A DNA stretch of 64,000 nucleotides from Abditibacterium sp. (GTDB lineage Bacteria; Armatimonadota; Abditibacteriia; Abditibacteriales; Abditibacteriaceae). Positions 38,364-48,166 of this stretch are shown in pieces (within the stretch, counting starts at the first letter, position 1; each line of letters starts with the position of its first letter). The position numbers and the translations under genes were made by a program. Under the pieces are notes generated by a model that worked only from the letters and a program-made list of their open reading frames with translations, made no database searches and had not been told where the DNA came from. Location: contig OZ251992.1 in NCBI GenBank assembly GCA_965246885.1, positions 2,560,001 through 2,624,000 of the forward strand. Direction: 5' to 3'.

Positions 38364-39101
38364 ATGATGTCTCAACGGCCCATGCCCGAACCCGCCACGC
38401 CCGCCGACCCGTCTCAGCGCGTGCCCCGCCAGTGGGTGTCATTCTTCTTTTACCAACTCGACGACATCTTCCGCTCCCTCCCCGAAGCCGAGCAAGAGCG
38501 CGCCAAGAGCGAGTTCGCGGCGGTGGTGCATGGGTTCCAAGAGGGCGGCACCATCGTCGTGCCCTATTCGACCGTTGGACTTCGCTCTGGCTGCGACTTC
38601 TTCTTGTGGCGCATTGACTACAAGCTGGAGCGCCTCCAAGAGTTGCAAGTCGCCCTCAACAAGACCACGTTGGGCAAGCACTTAAAAGCCGTGCAGTCGT
38701 TCCTGTCCATGTCGAAGCGTTCGACCTACATAGACAAGATTGACCCCTCGCACGACGAGACCCGCACCCGCATCAAGCCCGGACGCGGCAAGTTCATCTT
38801 CGTTTATCCGTTCGTGAAATCCCGCGAGTGGTATCTGCTCCACCCTCAAACGCGGCAGGGCATCATGGACGAACACATCTGGGTCGGCAACAAATATCCG
38901 ACAGTCAAGCTCAACACCACCTACTCCTTCGGTGTGGACGACCAAGACTTCGTCGTCGCCTTCGAGGGCGACTACCCCGAAGACTTCGTGGAACTCGTCC
39001 AAGAACTGCGCGAGACGGATTCCAGCAAATACACCGTTCGCGACACGCCGTTCTACACCGGCATCAAGGGAACGTTAGAAGAAGTGTTGGGCACACTGTA
39101 A
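38364..39101 (+). CDS. Chlorite dismutase / coproheme decarboxylase (ChdC/HemQ) family protein
   Basis: YSTVGLRSGCDFFLWR, FVYPFVKSREWYLL, MDEH, NTTYSFGVDDQDFVVAFE, RDTPFYTG. Start uncertain. Confidence 0.88.
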   Translation: MMSQRPMPEPATPADPSQRVPRQWVSFFFYQLDDIFRSLPEAEQERAKSEFAAVVHGFQEGGTIVVPYSTVGLRSGCDFFLWRIDYKLERLQELQVALNKTTLGKHLKAVQSFLSMSKRSTYIDKIDPSHDETRTRIKPGRGKFIFVYPFVKSREWYLLHPQTRQGIMDEHIWVGNKYPTVKLNTTYSFGVDDQDFVVAFEGDYPEDFVELVQELRETDSSKYTVRDTPFYTGIKGTLEEVLGTL

Positions 39102-39105
39102 AGAT

Positions 39106-39133
39106 GAAAGCGCGGGAAAGTCCGCGCTTTTCG
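39106..39133 (+). terminator. Rho-independent terminator-like hairpin
   Basis: gaaagcgcgg-gaaagt-ccgcgctttt directly after the Cld/ChdC stop. Confidence 0.65.
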
Positions 39134-39149
39134 CTTTGGAAAAATCCAT

Positions 39150-39389
39150 ATGGAACGATTCATCCGAGCCACCAACGGCTTTCTACTCGGTGCGTTTTTC
39201 GGGTTGGCGTCTTGTTTTTTCTTTGGAGCAGTGTTCCCCTTCAGCAGCCTACCACTTCAAGAGTGGATATTAGCGCAACAAACCCACAGAGATGCTTGGG
39301 GGGCGAGCCGCGTGATTTTTCTCTTGTTCGTTCTTATTGGCGGAGCAATAGGCTTTACCGTCGCGCTCCTACCGCGTCGCAAAAAATGA
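39150..39389 (+). CDS. Small two-TM membrane protein
   Basis: 79 aa, two hydrophobic helices, lower GC; ATGA overlap with the PP2C gene. Confidence 0.55.
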   Translation: MERFIRATNGFLLGAFFGLASCFFFGAVFPFSSLPLQEWILAQQTHRDAWGASRVIFLLFVLIGGAIGFTVALLPRRKK

Positions 39390-40015
39390 TGCGCGTCCTT
39401 TTCCACTCCCAACCTTCGCACGCGGGCCGCGAGAATCAGGATGCCGTTGAGATTCGGCGCATCGGGAGCGCGCGTTTGGTCGCTCTCGCCGATGGTCAAG
39501 GCGGGCGAGCGGGCGGCGCGAAGGCGGCGCGCGTTGCGGTTGGAACGGCGCTTGATCTTCTGGAAAGCGCGCCCGACCCGTTCGGTGCCGACACGTTACG
39601 ATTGGCCATTTCGGTCGCTGATGAAGCGGTCGAGGCCGACGAGGAGGCCGGATTTTCCACGCTCATTGTGGTTGTCGGCGAAAAGAGTAAAGTCGCGGGC
39701 GCGTCGGCAGGTGACTCGCTGGTGCTACACATCACGGATCAAGAGTGCACGGAACCGACAGAGCGACAGCGCAAAAATCCGCCGGTTGGGTCGGGCGGGT
39801 GTGTGGGCACTCCGTTCCAATGTGCGCCGCGAGCGGGCGAGCAACTCTTATTAATGAGCGACGGGGTATTTCGTTGGGTCGGCATCGAAGCAATAGCGGC
39901 TACGTGCCGCGATGCGGCTGACGCGGAAGTGTTGCCGCGCCTGCTCTCCCTTCACAAGCGGAGCGAGAACGGCGACTTGCCCGATGATTGGAGCGCAATC
40001 CTCCTGCGCTTCTAA
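39386..40015 (+). CDS. PP2C/PPM-family phosphatase
   Basis: GRENQD, LVALADGQGG, SAGDS, LLLMSDGV, DDWSAILL; 3' part of track ORF 38828-40015. Confidence 0.85.
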   Translation: MMRVLFHSQPSHAGRENQDAVEIRRIGSARLVALADGQGGRAGGAKAARVAVGTALDLLESAPDPFGADTLRLAISVADEAVEADEEAGFSTLIVVVGEKSKVAGASAGDSLVLHITDQECTEPTERQRKNPPVGSGGCVGTPFQCAPRAGEQLLLMSDGVFRWVGIEAIAATCRDAADAEVLPRLLSLHKRSENGDLPDDWSAILLRF

Positions 40016-40154
40016 GTTAAGCGACGAGTTTCCTATGACCGAAGACCCGCGTTGGCATGGAAGTCGAGGAAGCCTTGCAAGAAGTGGGGGCGACGCCTTA
40101 GAAACGCTCAAGAGTGGCTGCGTTACAATATAAACTGCAAGAAGGAATCAATCC

Positions 40155-40814
40155 ATGAAAAACCGTTTTTCTTTCGTCTTTGCCCTGATTGTCTCCGCGC
40201 TGTTGGCGCCTTTGGCGCACGCGCAATGGGATTATGGGCAGAATTCGATAGACAACATCATCGAGAGCCGCATAGACAAGCGCAAAACCCTTGACAGAAT
40301 TAGGAAGCAGCGCGGTGCGGGAAGCAAGCGGAAAGGCACCTCCCGCACGCGAGGGACAAAGGCCAGAAGTAAGAGCCATTCTTCCCGCAGGCAAGCAACA
40401 GTTCCGCGCAAACAATTGGTCGCTCTTTCCAGCCCACCCACACCTTCGGTTGTGGAGTTCCACCGCGACACTTTTCAGACCTTCCACATCTACGAAGACG
40501 GCTATGACGTGAACTTCACGTTCACCTCTACAACCGGAAAAGTGCTTCGTAGATCGTATAAGTACAGCTTCGCCAACTGCAACACCGAGTTTGGCGACAT
40601 CCCCGCCGGTAACTACCGCGTCACCGCCCAGTGTGTCTACAAGGGAAGAAGTTATCCCGTGCTTGTAGGAAGCGAAGAGGGCAGTACAACCGATCCCAAA
40701 GCCGGGAACTTTGCGCCTTCGATGATGATGAAGGTCGCGCCGCAGAAGGATTCCAACGGTACCCTTCGTCTCCTCACCGTCCCCGATTCACTGTATGTCC
40801 GCGTTGTCGAGTAA
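40155..40814 (+). CDS. Secreted hypothetical protein
   Basis: AAGGA RBS; signal peptide ending AHA-Q; very basic linker, then a beta-rich domain. Confidence 0.65.
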   Translation: MKNRFSFVFALIVSALLAPLAHAQWDYGQNSIDNIIESRIDKRKTLDRIRKQRGAGSKRKGTSRTRGTKARSKSHSSRRQATVPRKQLVALSSPPTPSVVEFHRDTFQTFHIYEDGYDVNFTFTSTTGKVLRRSYKYSFANCNTEFGDIPAGNYRVTAQCVYKGRSYPVLVGSEEGSTTDPKAGNFAPSMMMKVAPQKDSNGTLRLLTVPDSLYVRVVE

Positions 40815-40886
40815 GGGACGAGAGGCCGCCATCGAAACCGAGACTGCCGCTCTTATCTGCGCCCCATAACTATGTGCTTGAGTCAC

Positions 40887-41747
40887 TCAGCGTTGTAGCT
40901 CCTCGACAAAAGCATCTAAAGCGGAAGCGGGCGCACCTGTCGCTAAGAAGCGCGCACCTGCGCGCTTCCAAAATCTACCTCCCTTAACCGTTGCGGGGGC
41001 GCGATCGGCGTCTGAAGTAGGTTGCTCGAAGAGCGAGATGCGTTGCTGGCCGTTCGAGTAGCGCAGCCAAGCCGAGTTCTGGCCGACGACGGCGCTTTCA
41101 AAACTCCAACCGGGCGGGAGCGTGACAGGGGATTGGAGCCAGCGCGCCGCGTGTTTGGCGGCGTTGATGTTAGAATAAAGCGCGCCGTCCAGATGTTGGA
41201 TTTGTACTCCGGCAGGCGCCGTGAAGGTGAACTTCGAGGCTGGAACGGAGCCGAGTTTGATGTTCGAGAGGGCAAAGCCGCCATTCTTGCCGCTTATGCC
41301 GAGCAAGATTTTTGTTTGGGCGTCAACCGTGAGGGTGCGTTCACCCGCTTCGATGCGCAAAGCACGGCGCCCGGCGAACGTGGTTGGTTTCGCCCCGCCA
41401 GTCGCAGCAAAGTGGGGAACGTGCGGGCGCGAATTGGTCTGCGTCGCGCTCCGCTCGGCGCGGCGATACCAGAAAACCTTCGTCCCGTCGTCCACCAACA
41501 CATCCCCGCGCTTGCCTTCGGGCGCTACCCATTCCAGCCGCCGCTTTAGGCCCGACCGATATACGCGCGCCGTCCCGCCCGGCCCCGTCTGGGTCGCGGA
41601 ATACTGCGCTGTTTTTTCGGCGGCCTGCATCTGGGAAAGGAGCGTCGCGGCGTCCTGCGCATGAACGGGGGCTACCAATAGAAGAACGGAAAAAGGGAAG
41701 ACGGAAAGTTTGCTCTTTCCTCCTTCCCTTTCTCTACTCCAAAGCAT
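40887..41747 (-). CDS. RseB/MucB-like periplasmic sigma-E regulatory protein
   Basis: Signal peptide (VHA-Q), LolA-like strands, SKFTFTAPAG, LPPGWSF, LRYSNGQQRISLFEQ; downstream of an anti-sigma gene. Confidence 0.75.
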   Translation of the reverse strand: MLWSREREGGKSKLSVFPFSVLLLVAPVHAQDAATLLSQMQAAEKTAQYSATQTGPGGTARVYRSGLKRRLEWVAPEGKRGDVLVDDGTKVFWYRRAERSATQTNSRPHVPHFAATGGAKPTTFAGRRALRIEAGERTLTVDAQTKILLGISGKNGGFALSNIKLGSVPASKFTFTAPAGVQIQHLDGALYSNINAAKHAARWLQSPVTLPPGWSFESAVVGQNSAWLRYSNGQQRISLFEQPTSDADRAPATVKGGRFWKRAGARFLATGAPASALDAFVEELQR

Positions 41748-41748
41748 T

Positions 41749-42291
41749 TTAGCGGGGGTTTGTATCATCGGTGGCCTCATCCGCGCCGGTTTCGACGGCG
41801 CTCACGTCGCCCGCGACGGGGGCGCTTTGAACGTAGGTCTCGTGCTGTTGCAGCGACTGTTGGATGAACTGCTGGTCGGCAGTCGTTATGTCCGCGACGG
41901 CGGTCGGCTGCGCGTTCTTGGGCGCGGCCATAAAGAAGCCGAGCGCGAGGACAAGGGCCGCGAACGCTGCGCCGAAGGAGTAGCGCACGGCGGGTTTGCT
42001 CGCTCCGGCGCGGTTCAGCAATTTGGAGATTTGGCGAAAAAAGCCGCGCTTGGGCGGCGGGCCAAGTTTGTCGCGTAGTTCGGGCCAGAACTTCTCGCTC
42101 GTCCGCATCGGCTCCGCCCCGTATTCGAGGGCGTTGAAGTCGTGGAGCGATTGCGTGGCAAAGCGCAGTTCGTCCACTAACTCGCGGTCTTCGGCGCTGC
42201 CTTGTAAATGTGACTCGACACGCACCCGCTCTTCAGGAGGAAGGGTGCCATCGAGATAATCCATGATTTGTTCGGAAGAAAGGCGGGTCAT
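41749..42291 (-). CDS. Anti-sigma factor (RseA-like, single TM)
   Basis: IMDYLDGTLPPEERVRVESHL N-terminal anti-sigma domain, one TM; directly after the ECF sigma gene. Confidence 0.8.
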   Translation of the reverse strand: MTRLSSEQIMDYLDGTLPPEERVRVESHLQGSAEDRELVDELRFATQSLHDFNALEYGAEPMRTSEKFWPELRDKLGPPPKRGFFRQISKLLNRAGASKPAVRYSFGAAFAALVLALGFFMAAPKNAQPTAVADITTADQQFIQQSLQQHETYVQSAPVAGDVSAVETGADEATDDTNPR

Positions 42292-42306
42292 TTGGGTTCC
42301 TATTGT

Positions 42307-42951
42307 TTACTTCGCTCCGGTCATATAGGGTCGCAAGCGGCGGGCTAAGTCGGCGCGGGCGTGGAAGATGCGGCTTTTGACGGTGCCGAGGGGGATGTCG
42401 AGATTGGCGGCGATCTCCTCGTAGGCCATGCCTTGCAGGTCGCACATCACGAGGACTTGGCGCTGCTTTTCGGGCATGGCGGCGACAGTTTCGCGCACCA
42501 TAGCGCGCATTTCGTCGCGCTCAACGCCTTTGCCCGGTTCATAGCGGTCGTCGGCGATTTCGCGCCCGCCTTTGTCATCGCCGCTTGTGTCGAACGGCTC
42601 ATCCAAAGAATAGGCTTGCTGCGGGCGGCGTTTGCGCGCGCGGGCGTGGTCAATGCACAGGTTAGTGGCGATTTTGTAAATCCACGTCGAGAAACTGGAC
42701 TGCCCGCGAAAGCTGTCCATCGAGCGGTAGGCCTTAATGAAGGTCTCCTGCACGATGTCCTCGGCCTCGTCGCGGTCGCCGTTGGTCATGCGCGCGACGT
42801 AGCCAATCAGCTTGTTTTGGTAGCGAGCGACGAGTTTTTCAAAGCCCACGATGTCCCCATCGAGCGCCCGCTCGACCAGATACAAATCGCTTTCGAGTTC
42901 AGTTCCTGAACTCCACACGTTGGGAGTGGCCATTGACAAAGAAAGTTCCAT
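42307..42951 (-). CDS. ECF RNA polymerase sigma-70 factor (RpoE/SigW-like)
   Basis: AEDIVQETFIKAY, FSTWIYKIATNLCID, MAYEEIA..LDIPLGTVKSRIFHAR. Start uncertain. Confidence 0.93.
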   Translation of the reverse strand: MELSLSMATPNVWSSGTELESDLYLVERALDGDIVGFEKLVARYQNKLIGYVARMTNGDRDEAEDIVQETFIKAYRSMDSFRGQSSFSTWIYKIATNLCIDHARARKRRPQQAYSLDEPFDTSGDDKGGREIADDRYEPGKGVERDEMRAMVRETVAAMPEKQRQVLVMCDLQGMAYEEIAANLDIPLGTVKSRIFHARADLARRLRPYMTGAK

Positions 42952-43069
42952 TGCGCGACACCTGTTCAAACTCCTCCCTCCGACGCCGCGCCGCCGAAGG
43001 TGTTCACTTTAGATGGGTGTAGTATGAAAGACGTGTGCCGTAGGTGCGGCGGACGGCAAACTGAAGAGC

Positions 43070-43375
43070 ATGAAAACCCGCATCATGTATGTCGAGTGCA
43101 AGGCTGGAGGACTCGTCGGAGCAGGGCGCATTGGGCGCGTCCGCTTCTCCAAAACGGGCCGCACGCTCTACTACGACGGCAAGACTTTCCAAAGCCTCAA
43201 AGGAAGCGGCTTCAAAGCCAACTTCTACGACGTGGAAACCGGCGAAGACTACTGGATTTCCGGCCCCCATAAAGACGGTGGCGACCGGCTGTATGGCGAG
43301 CGATTGCCAATTGTGGTGGACGACGACGTGAACGAGGAGTATTGGACGCAAATCCGGGGGCAGGCGAAGCCTTAA
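43070..43375 (+). CDS. Conserved hypothetical protein (101 aa)
   Basis: MKTRIMYVECK...RIGRVRFSKTGRTLYY...YWISGPHKDGGDRLY; host-like codon use. Confidence 0.7.
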   Translation: MKTRIMYVECKAGGLVGAGRIGRVRFSKTGRTLYYDGKTFQSLKGSGFKANFYDVETGEDYWISGPHKDGGDRLYGERLPIVVDDDVNEEYWTQIRGQAKP

Positions 43376-43983
43376 ACGGTGAAGTCCTCCTCCATCCCCG
43401 GCAAAACGCCCTGCTCGGCCAGTTCGATGTCTTCATAAATTTCGCCGAGCGGGACGGCAATCTCAAACGATTCGAGGCGCAGGGCAAGCATCAGTTCGCG
43501 GTAGACGCGGCGCACCCATTCGCCTTCCCCCGCGCGGTAGTAATGCTCGACGCGCACTTGGTCGGACGAGATGAGGATGTAGTCGGAGAGTTCGGGGATG
43601 AGCGCGTATTCATCGAACTTCCCCGTCCGGTCGAAATCGGCTGTAGCGGGCGAGAGAACTTCAAAGACGGCGCGCGGGTTGAGGAGCGCGGTCTTGTCGC
43701 GGGGATGGAAGCGATAGGGCGGGCATTTGATGAGAAAGTCGGGGTGAACCCAGTTCATCTCGCCGATTCTCACCCGTTGTTGACTGCCCGACCCGCTCCA
43801 AGGTTTGCCGCGCAAACGCACCCCGACGGCGCAAGTGAGATTCGAGAGGATGTCCGTGTGAACGAGTGCCGAATCGTCCCTTTGAACCAAGCGGCCATCC
43901 ATAAACTCATGGCGCTCAAGCGAGGCTTCCTCAAACGCCAGCAGTTCGTCAAAATCCAGAATGTGTTCGGGTTGCGCGGTCAT
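43372..43983 (-). CDS. Uma2 family putative endonuclease
   Basis: RHEFMDG, HPDFLIKC, NPRAVFEVLSPAT..DRTGKF..Y, LGEIYEDI; start taken at MTAQPE. Confidence 0.88.
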   Translation of the reverse strand: MTAQPEHILDFDELLAFEEASLERHEFMDGRLVQRDDSALVHTDILSNLTCAVGVRLRGKPWSGSGSQQRVRIGEMNWVHPDFLIKCPPYRFHPRDKTALLNPRAVFEVLSPATADFDRTGKFDEYALIPELSDYILISSDQVRVEHYYRAGEGEWVRRVYRELMLALRLESFEIAVPLGEIYEDIELAEQGVLPGMEEDFTV

Positions 43984-44022
43984 GGCGAGCGGGAGTTTAA
44001 GAAGGCGCGCACACTTTCTCTC

Positions 44023-44250
44023 GTGCTTCTGCCTCCTTCCTCTGCTCCCCGCCGCGCGTTCTTGGATTGGGGCGGGTGCGGCTGTTGTTTGGTCGTCCTT
44101 TTGAATCTGCCGTTCTTGGCCATCCCATTGGTAATCGTCGGTGTTGCTAAACAACTCAGCGACGAGAGTAAAGCCCGCAAACAAGCGACAAAAGACCTGC
44201 CGCCCATTGCCGACCCGAACCCGCCCTCCGAAGACGATGCCACTCCCTGA
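44023..44250 (+). CDS. Possible small single-TM protein
   Basis: GTG-started 3' part of track ORF 43342-44250 with a GCGCC motif and hydrophobic helix; overlaps the DUF309 start. Confidence 0.35.
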   Translation: MLLPPSSAPRRAFLDWGGCGCCLVVLLNLPFLAIPLVIVGVAKQLSDESKARKQATKDLPPIADPNPPSEDDATP

Positions 44251-44665
44251 AAACCCGCCGCTTGGCCGCTTGCCGTTTCCTGTTCCCGACCAGTTCCCGC
44301 CCGATTTGGCGGAGTTTTGGGAGTTGTGGCGTCACGAGAAGTTCTGGGCGTGCCACGAGGCGCTCGAAGAAGTCTGGAAAGCCGAGGCGGACGCGGGGCG
44401 CAAGCAGTTCTTGCAGGGGCTGATTCATGGCGCGGTGGCGGTTTTTCAATTCCGGCGCGGGAACTACGTCGGGGCGGTGCGGCAACAGACGCGGGCGTGG
44501 TGGCGGATGCAAGCGTCGCGGCCAGAGCGGGACGGGGTGGATGTGACGGCGTTTCTGGTTCGTATCGAGGTGGAGATCCTGCCGTCGTGGGCGCATCTGA
44601 CCGAAAAGCAACTGGTGGACTGCGATGAATTGCAGGAGCGGTTGCGGCGTTCCTACTCCTCCTAA
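44237..44665 (+). CDS. DUF309 family protein
   Basis: FWACHEALEEVWK...FLQGLIHGAVA...RGN..GA. Confidence 0.85.
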   Translation: MPLPENPPLGRLPFPVPDQFPPDLAEFWELWRHEKFWACHEALEEVWKAEADAGRKQFLQGLIHGAVAVFQFRRGNYVGAVRQQTRAWWRMQASRPERDGVDVTAFLVRIEVEILPSWAHLTEKQLVDCDELQERLRRSYSS

Positions 44666-44727
44666 ACACATTCATTCCTATTCCCTTCCCTACCCCGCGA
44701 GGGGGATTTGTTAAACCTTTCTCTATC

Positions 44728-46383
44728 ATGTCCGTTGATCCGACCAACCTGCGCTCCGCCAAACTCAAGTTCGCCGAAGATGGCCGCCCCGCCACGCTCG
44801 CCGCGATGGGCGACGACCGCGCCAACCTGACCCGCAACGAGCGCATCAAAATCGAGAAGTTGCCGCCGCTCGTGTGGCGCGACATCGTCGAGAACTACGC
44901 CAAAAACGGCTACTCCTCCATCTCCGAGGACGACATGGAGCGGTTCAAATGGGTCGGCGTGTATCAGCAACGCCCCAAAGAGGGCCACTTCATGATGCGC
45001 ATCAAAGTCGCGGGCGGCATCGCGCCGACCGCCCAGATTCGCGGCTTCGCGTCTATCGCCCGCAAATATGCCGACTCCGTCGCCGACATCACCACGCGCC
45101 AAGCGATTCAACTGCACTGGCTCACCATCGAGAACATGCCCGCCGTCATGGACGACCTCGAAGCCATTGATTTGGGCATCAACAAAGGCTTCTTCGGCGC
45201 GTGCGGCGACGTGACGCGCAACATCGTCACTTCCCCGCTCACCGGCATCGAGCCGGAACAGGTCATTGACCCGCTCCCCTTCCTCAACGAGGCCAACTAC
45301 TTCTTCTCGACCGCGCCTGAATACGCCGACCTGCCGCGCAAGTTCAAGGTCGCCATCCTTGGCCACCGCGACGGCGGGCAAGTCGAAATCAACGACCTTT
45401 CCTTCTACGGCGTCCAACAAAACGGCGAAACCGGCTACCGCGTGATGGTTGGCGGCGGCCTATCAACCGAGCCGCACATCGCCCAAGACCTCGGCGTGTT
45501 CGTCCGGCCTGACCAAGCCATGAAGGTGTTTGAAGCCGTCGTGCAAACCTACCGCGACTTCGGCTACCGCAAGAGCCGCAAGCACGCGCGCATCAAATAT
45601 CTTGTCGCCGACTGGGGCGCCGAGAAATTCCTCGCCGAGTGCGAGAACGTGTTGGGCTACTCGCTCGAAAAAGCCGAGTCCGCGCCCGCCCCGACCAAAG
45701 GCTACGAAGACCACTACGGTGCCCGCCCGCAAATCCAAGCGGGCCTGTTTTGCGTGGGCGTCCCCGTCATCGGCGGGCGCGTGACGAGCGATCAGTGGGA
45801 CGGCATCGCCGACATCGCCGACCAGTTCGGCTCCGGCGAAGTGCGCTTCACGGTGATGCAGTCGTTCTACATCCCCAACGTCAAGAGCGCCGACGTGCCG
45901 ACAGTCGAAGCCAAGTTAGTCGGGTTGGGCTTCAACATGGCGCCGTCGCCGCTTTACTCCGGCATGGTCGCTTGCACGGGCATCCAATACTGCAACCTCG
46001 CCGTCGCCGAAACCAAGAACCGCGCCAAGAGCGTCGCCCTGTGGCTCGACTCCAACGTCAAGTTCTCCGAAGCCGAGCATTTCCGCGTCAACATCAACGG
46101 TTGCCCCAACTCGTGCGGCCAGCACTGGATCGCCGACATCGGCTTGCAAGGCTGCCAAAAGAAGGTGGACGGCGTCCTTAAGGAACACTTCGATGTGTTC
46201 TTGGGCGGCTCCCTCGGCACCGACGCCCGCTTCAACCGCCGCATCAAGCGCATTGACGGCGACGACCTCGAAGTCACCGTCAAAAAGATCATCGAGTCCT
46301 ACCAGTCCACCCGCCAAGGCGAGGAATCCTTCGCCAAGTTTGTGGAGCGGCAAACGGACGAAGAGTTGGAACTGCTGTTCTAA
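44728..46383 (+). CDS. Ferredoxin-dependent sulfite/nitrite reductase (siroheme, 4Fe-4S)
   Basis: FKWVGVYQQR, DITTRQAIQLH, LPRKFK, ACTGIQYCNLA, INGCPNSCGQ. Confidence 0.92.
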   Translation: MSVDPTNLRSAKLKFAEDGRPATLAAMGDDRANLTRNERIKIEKLPPLVWRDIVENYAKNGYSSISEDDMERFKWVGVYQQRPKEGHFMMRIKVAGGIAPTAQIRGFASIARKYADSVADITTRQAIQLHWLTIENMPAVMDDLEAIDLGINKGFFGACGDVTRNIVTSPLTGIEPEQVIDPLPFLNEANYFFSTAPEYADLPRKFKVAILGHRDGGQVEINDLSFYGVQQNGETGYRVMVGGGLSTEPHIAQDLGVFVRPDQAMKVFEAVVQTYRDFGYRKSRKHARIKYLVADWGAEKFLAECENVLGYSLEKAESAPAPTKGYEDHYGARPQIQAGLFCVGVPVIGGRVTSDQWDGIADIADQFGSGEVRFTVMQSFYIPNVKSADVPTVEAKLVGLGFNMAPSPLYSGMVACTGIQYCNLAVAETKNRAKSVALWLDSNVKFSEAEHFRVNINGCPNSCGQHWIADIGLQGCQKKVDGVLKEHFDVFLGGSLGTDARFNRRIKRIDGDDLEVTVKKIIESYQSTRQGEESFAKFVERQTDEELELLF

Positions 46384-46387
46384 CACG

Positions 46388-46418
46388 AAGCGCCCGCCGA
46401 TTGCTCGGCGGGCGTTTT
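46388..46418 (+). terminator. Rho-independent terminator
   Basis: aagcgcccgccga-ttgc-tcggcgggcgtttt. Confidence 0.75.
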
Positions 46419-46814
46419 AGTTCCACTGCTTAGACTTCTCCATGTTCTTCTTCAGGTAGCGCAACAAGAACAGCCAGTCGTCGGTGTAGAGACGCTCTTT
46501 CAACTCGTTGATGTACACGACTTCGGCTTCCAAAGACGAGGCGCGGTCAAGGGCATCTTCGAGCGCGCGCACGACGGCGAAGTCGTAGTTCCACCGTTTG
46601 TCCATTCGGTCGGCAACCGGAACTCCAATGCGCTGAGGCCGCAACAGTCAAGCGTGCAGTTACTCTCGAAGCGCAGTAGCCGCTCCAACAAGACGTGCGG
46701 CAGGGCGTCCAACTTCCACGCGAGACGGGCGTCCGACGTGACGGGGCGAAAGCGGAAGACGCCCCGCTCGTCAAAGAACGGCGGTTCGGGTTTGCAATGG
46801 GCAACCTTTTTCAT
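46417..46814 (-). pseudogene. Probable frameshifted gene (about 130 aa if intact) with ExxCxxxCCG motif
   Basis: GGAG RBS + ATG 46814 gives MKKVAH...FESNCTLDCCGLSALEF; protein-like sequence continues in another frame (DKRWNYDFAVVRALED...KQWN, stop 46417). Switch near 46590-46625. Confidence 0.5.
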
Positions 46815-46934
46815 ACCGCCCACTCCCCGGCGGGCGGCAGATTGCGGCTCAGGGTCAGGCTCATGGGCGTTAGTTTCACCCGCGCGGGTGGGGCGCGGGT
46901 TTTGTCCGCCAATTTGCAAGGAGAGCGGGCGTCC

Positions 46935-47873
46935 ATGCCATCCTTCTCCGACACCGACGCTGCGCTTTTCGAACTGGGGCGCCTTTTGCGCGACTCTGGT
47001 TACTCCTTTACGACGGCTACGCCCACCACGCACACGCGGGTCAATGCGCGCGCGGGGAACGAGTTCGCGCGCAACGTGCGCGGCGTGTTCGGGTGGAGCC
47101 GCTCCTTCTTCCCCGCTATTTTGCCGCCGCGCCTATGGGAGTTAATGGGACGCGCAGGCATTGCCCGGCCAGACGGCGAGCGGTGGAAGTGCACGCTTCG
47201 CTTGTCGTCGCTGGGCGGCAACTTGTTCTTTCACTCCGCGTTTCCGACGACCGATGCCGATTCCGTCTTCTTCGGCCCAGACACCTACCGCTTCGCCCGC
47301 GCCATCGCCGCCCACTTCGAGCGCCATACCCAACCCGTCCGGCGAGCGGTGGATATTGGCACCGGGTCGGGCGTCGGGGCGATTTTGGTCGCTCAGGCGC
47401 GGCCCGATGCCCTCCTGTTCGGGGCCGACATTAACCCCGTCGCCCTCCGCTTGGCGCGCGTCAACGCCGCCCTGAACGGTGCCAACGTCGAGACGCGCGA
47501 ATCGAACCTCTTGGCGGGCGTCGAGGGCGAGTTTGACCTGATCGTCGCTAATCCGCCTTACTTAGTGGATGAAGCGGAGCGCGCTTACCGGCACGGCGGC
47601 GGGCCGTTGGGCGCGGGCCTATCGCTCGCCATCGTAGACGCCGCCCTCGAACGCTTAGCGCGCGGCGGCGCCTTGCTGCTGTACACCGGCGCCGCGATGG
47701 TGGACGGGAACGACCCCTTCCGCGATGCCCTCGAAGCCAAACTCAACGCCCACGATTGCGCTTGGTTCTACGAGGAAACCGACCCCGACATCTTCGGTGA
47801 GGAGTTGGAGTGCCCCGCCTACGAACGCGCCGACCGCATCGCGGCGGTCGTGCTTTCGGTCGAGAAAAACTAA
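46935..47873 (+). CDS. Class I SAM-dependent methyltransferase (HemK/MTS-like)
   Basis: VFFGPDTYRF, VDIGTGSGVGA, LIVANPPY, YEETDPDIFGEEL; start taken at MPSFSD. Confidence 0.88.
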   Translation: MPSFSDTDAALFELGRLLRDSGYSFTTATPTTHTRVNARAGNEFARNVRGVFGWSRSFFPAILPPRLWELMGRAGIARPDGERWKCTLRLSSLGGNLFFHSAFPTTDADSVFFGPDTYRFARAIAAHFERHTQPVRRAVDIGTGSGVGAILVAQARPDALLFGADINPVALRLARVNAALNGANVETRESNLLAGVEGEFDLIVANPPYLVDEAERAYRHGGGPLGAGLSLAIVDAALERLARGGALLLYTGAAMVDGNDPFRDALEAKLNAHDCAWFYEETDPDIFGEELECPAYERADRIAAVVLSVEKN

Positions 47874-48103
47874 GGGCGCTTTGGCTTACTCACGGCGCCA
47901 ACGAAAACTAAAACCGCACCGAGGAGCAGAAGAACGGGCACCGAAAACACGCATATCGCCAGCGCCGTCAACAGTGGCAACGTCATCGGGTCATTGATTG
48001 GCATGGCTTTAAGAGGAGGCCAAGCGAACTCTTCGGCGACGCGCAGGACAACACCCAGCGCCAGCAGGACACAGCCAATTTTCACCGTCACGTTCATAGG
48101 CAC
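47870..48103 (-). CDS. Small two-TM membrane protein
   Basis: 77 aa, two hydrophobic helices. Confidence 0.5.
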   Translation of the reverse strand: MPMNVTVKIGCVLLALGVVLRVAEEFAWPPLKAMPINDPMTLPLLTALAICVFSVPVLLLLGAVLVFVGAVSKPKRP

Positions 48104-48166
48104 AAAAGAGGAAAACTCAAAGCGGCAAGCGCTTTGAGTCTACAAAGGGGACAATGAGCGCGCCCT

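Noticed and set aside
38828..39385. N-terminal extension of the PP2C ORF as given in the track (395 aa)
   Set aside because: It overlaps the Cld/ChdC gene, a terminator and a small membrane gene; ATG 39386 with an ATGA overlap is the more plausible start.
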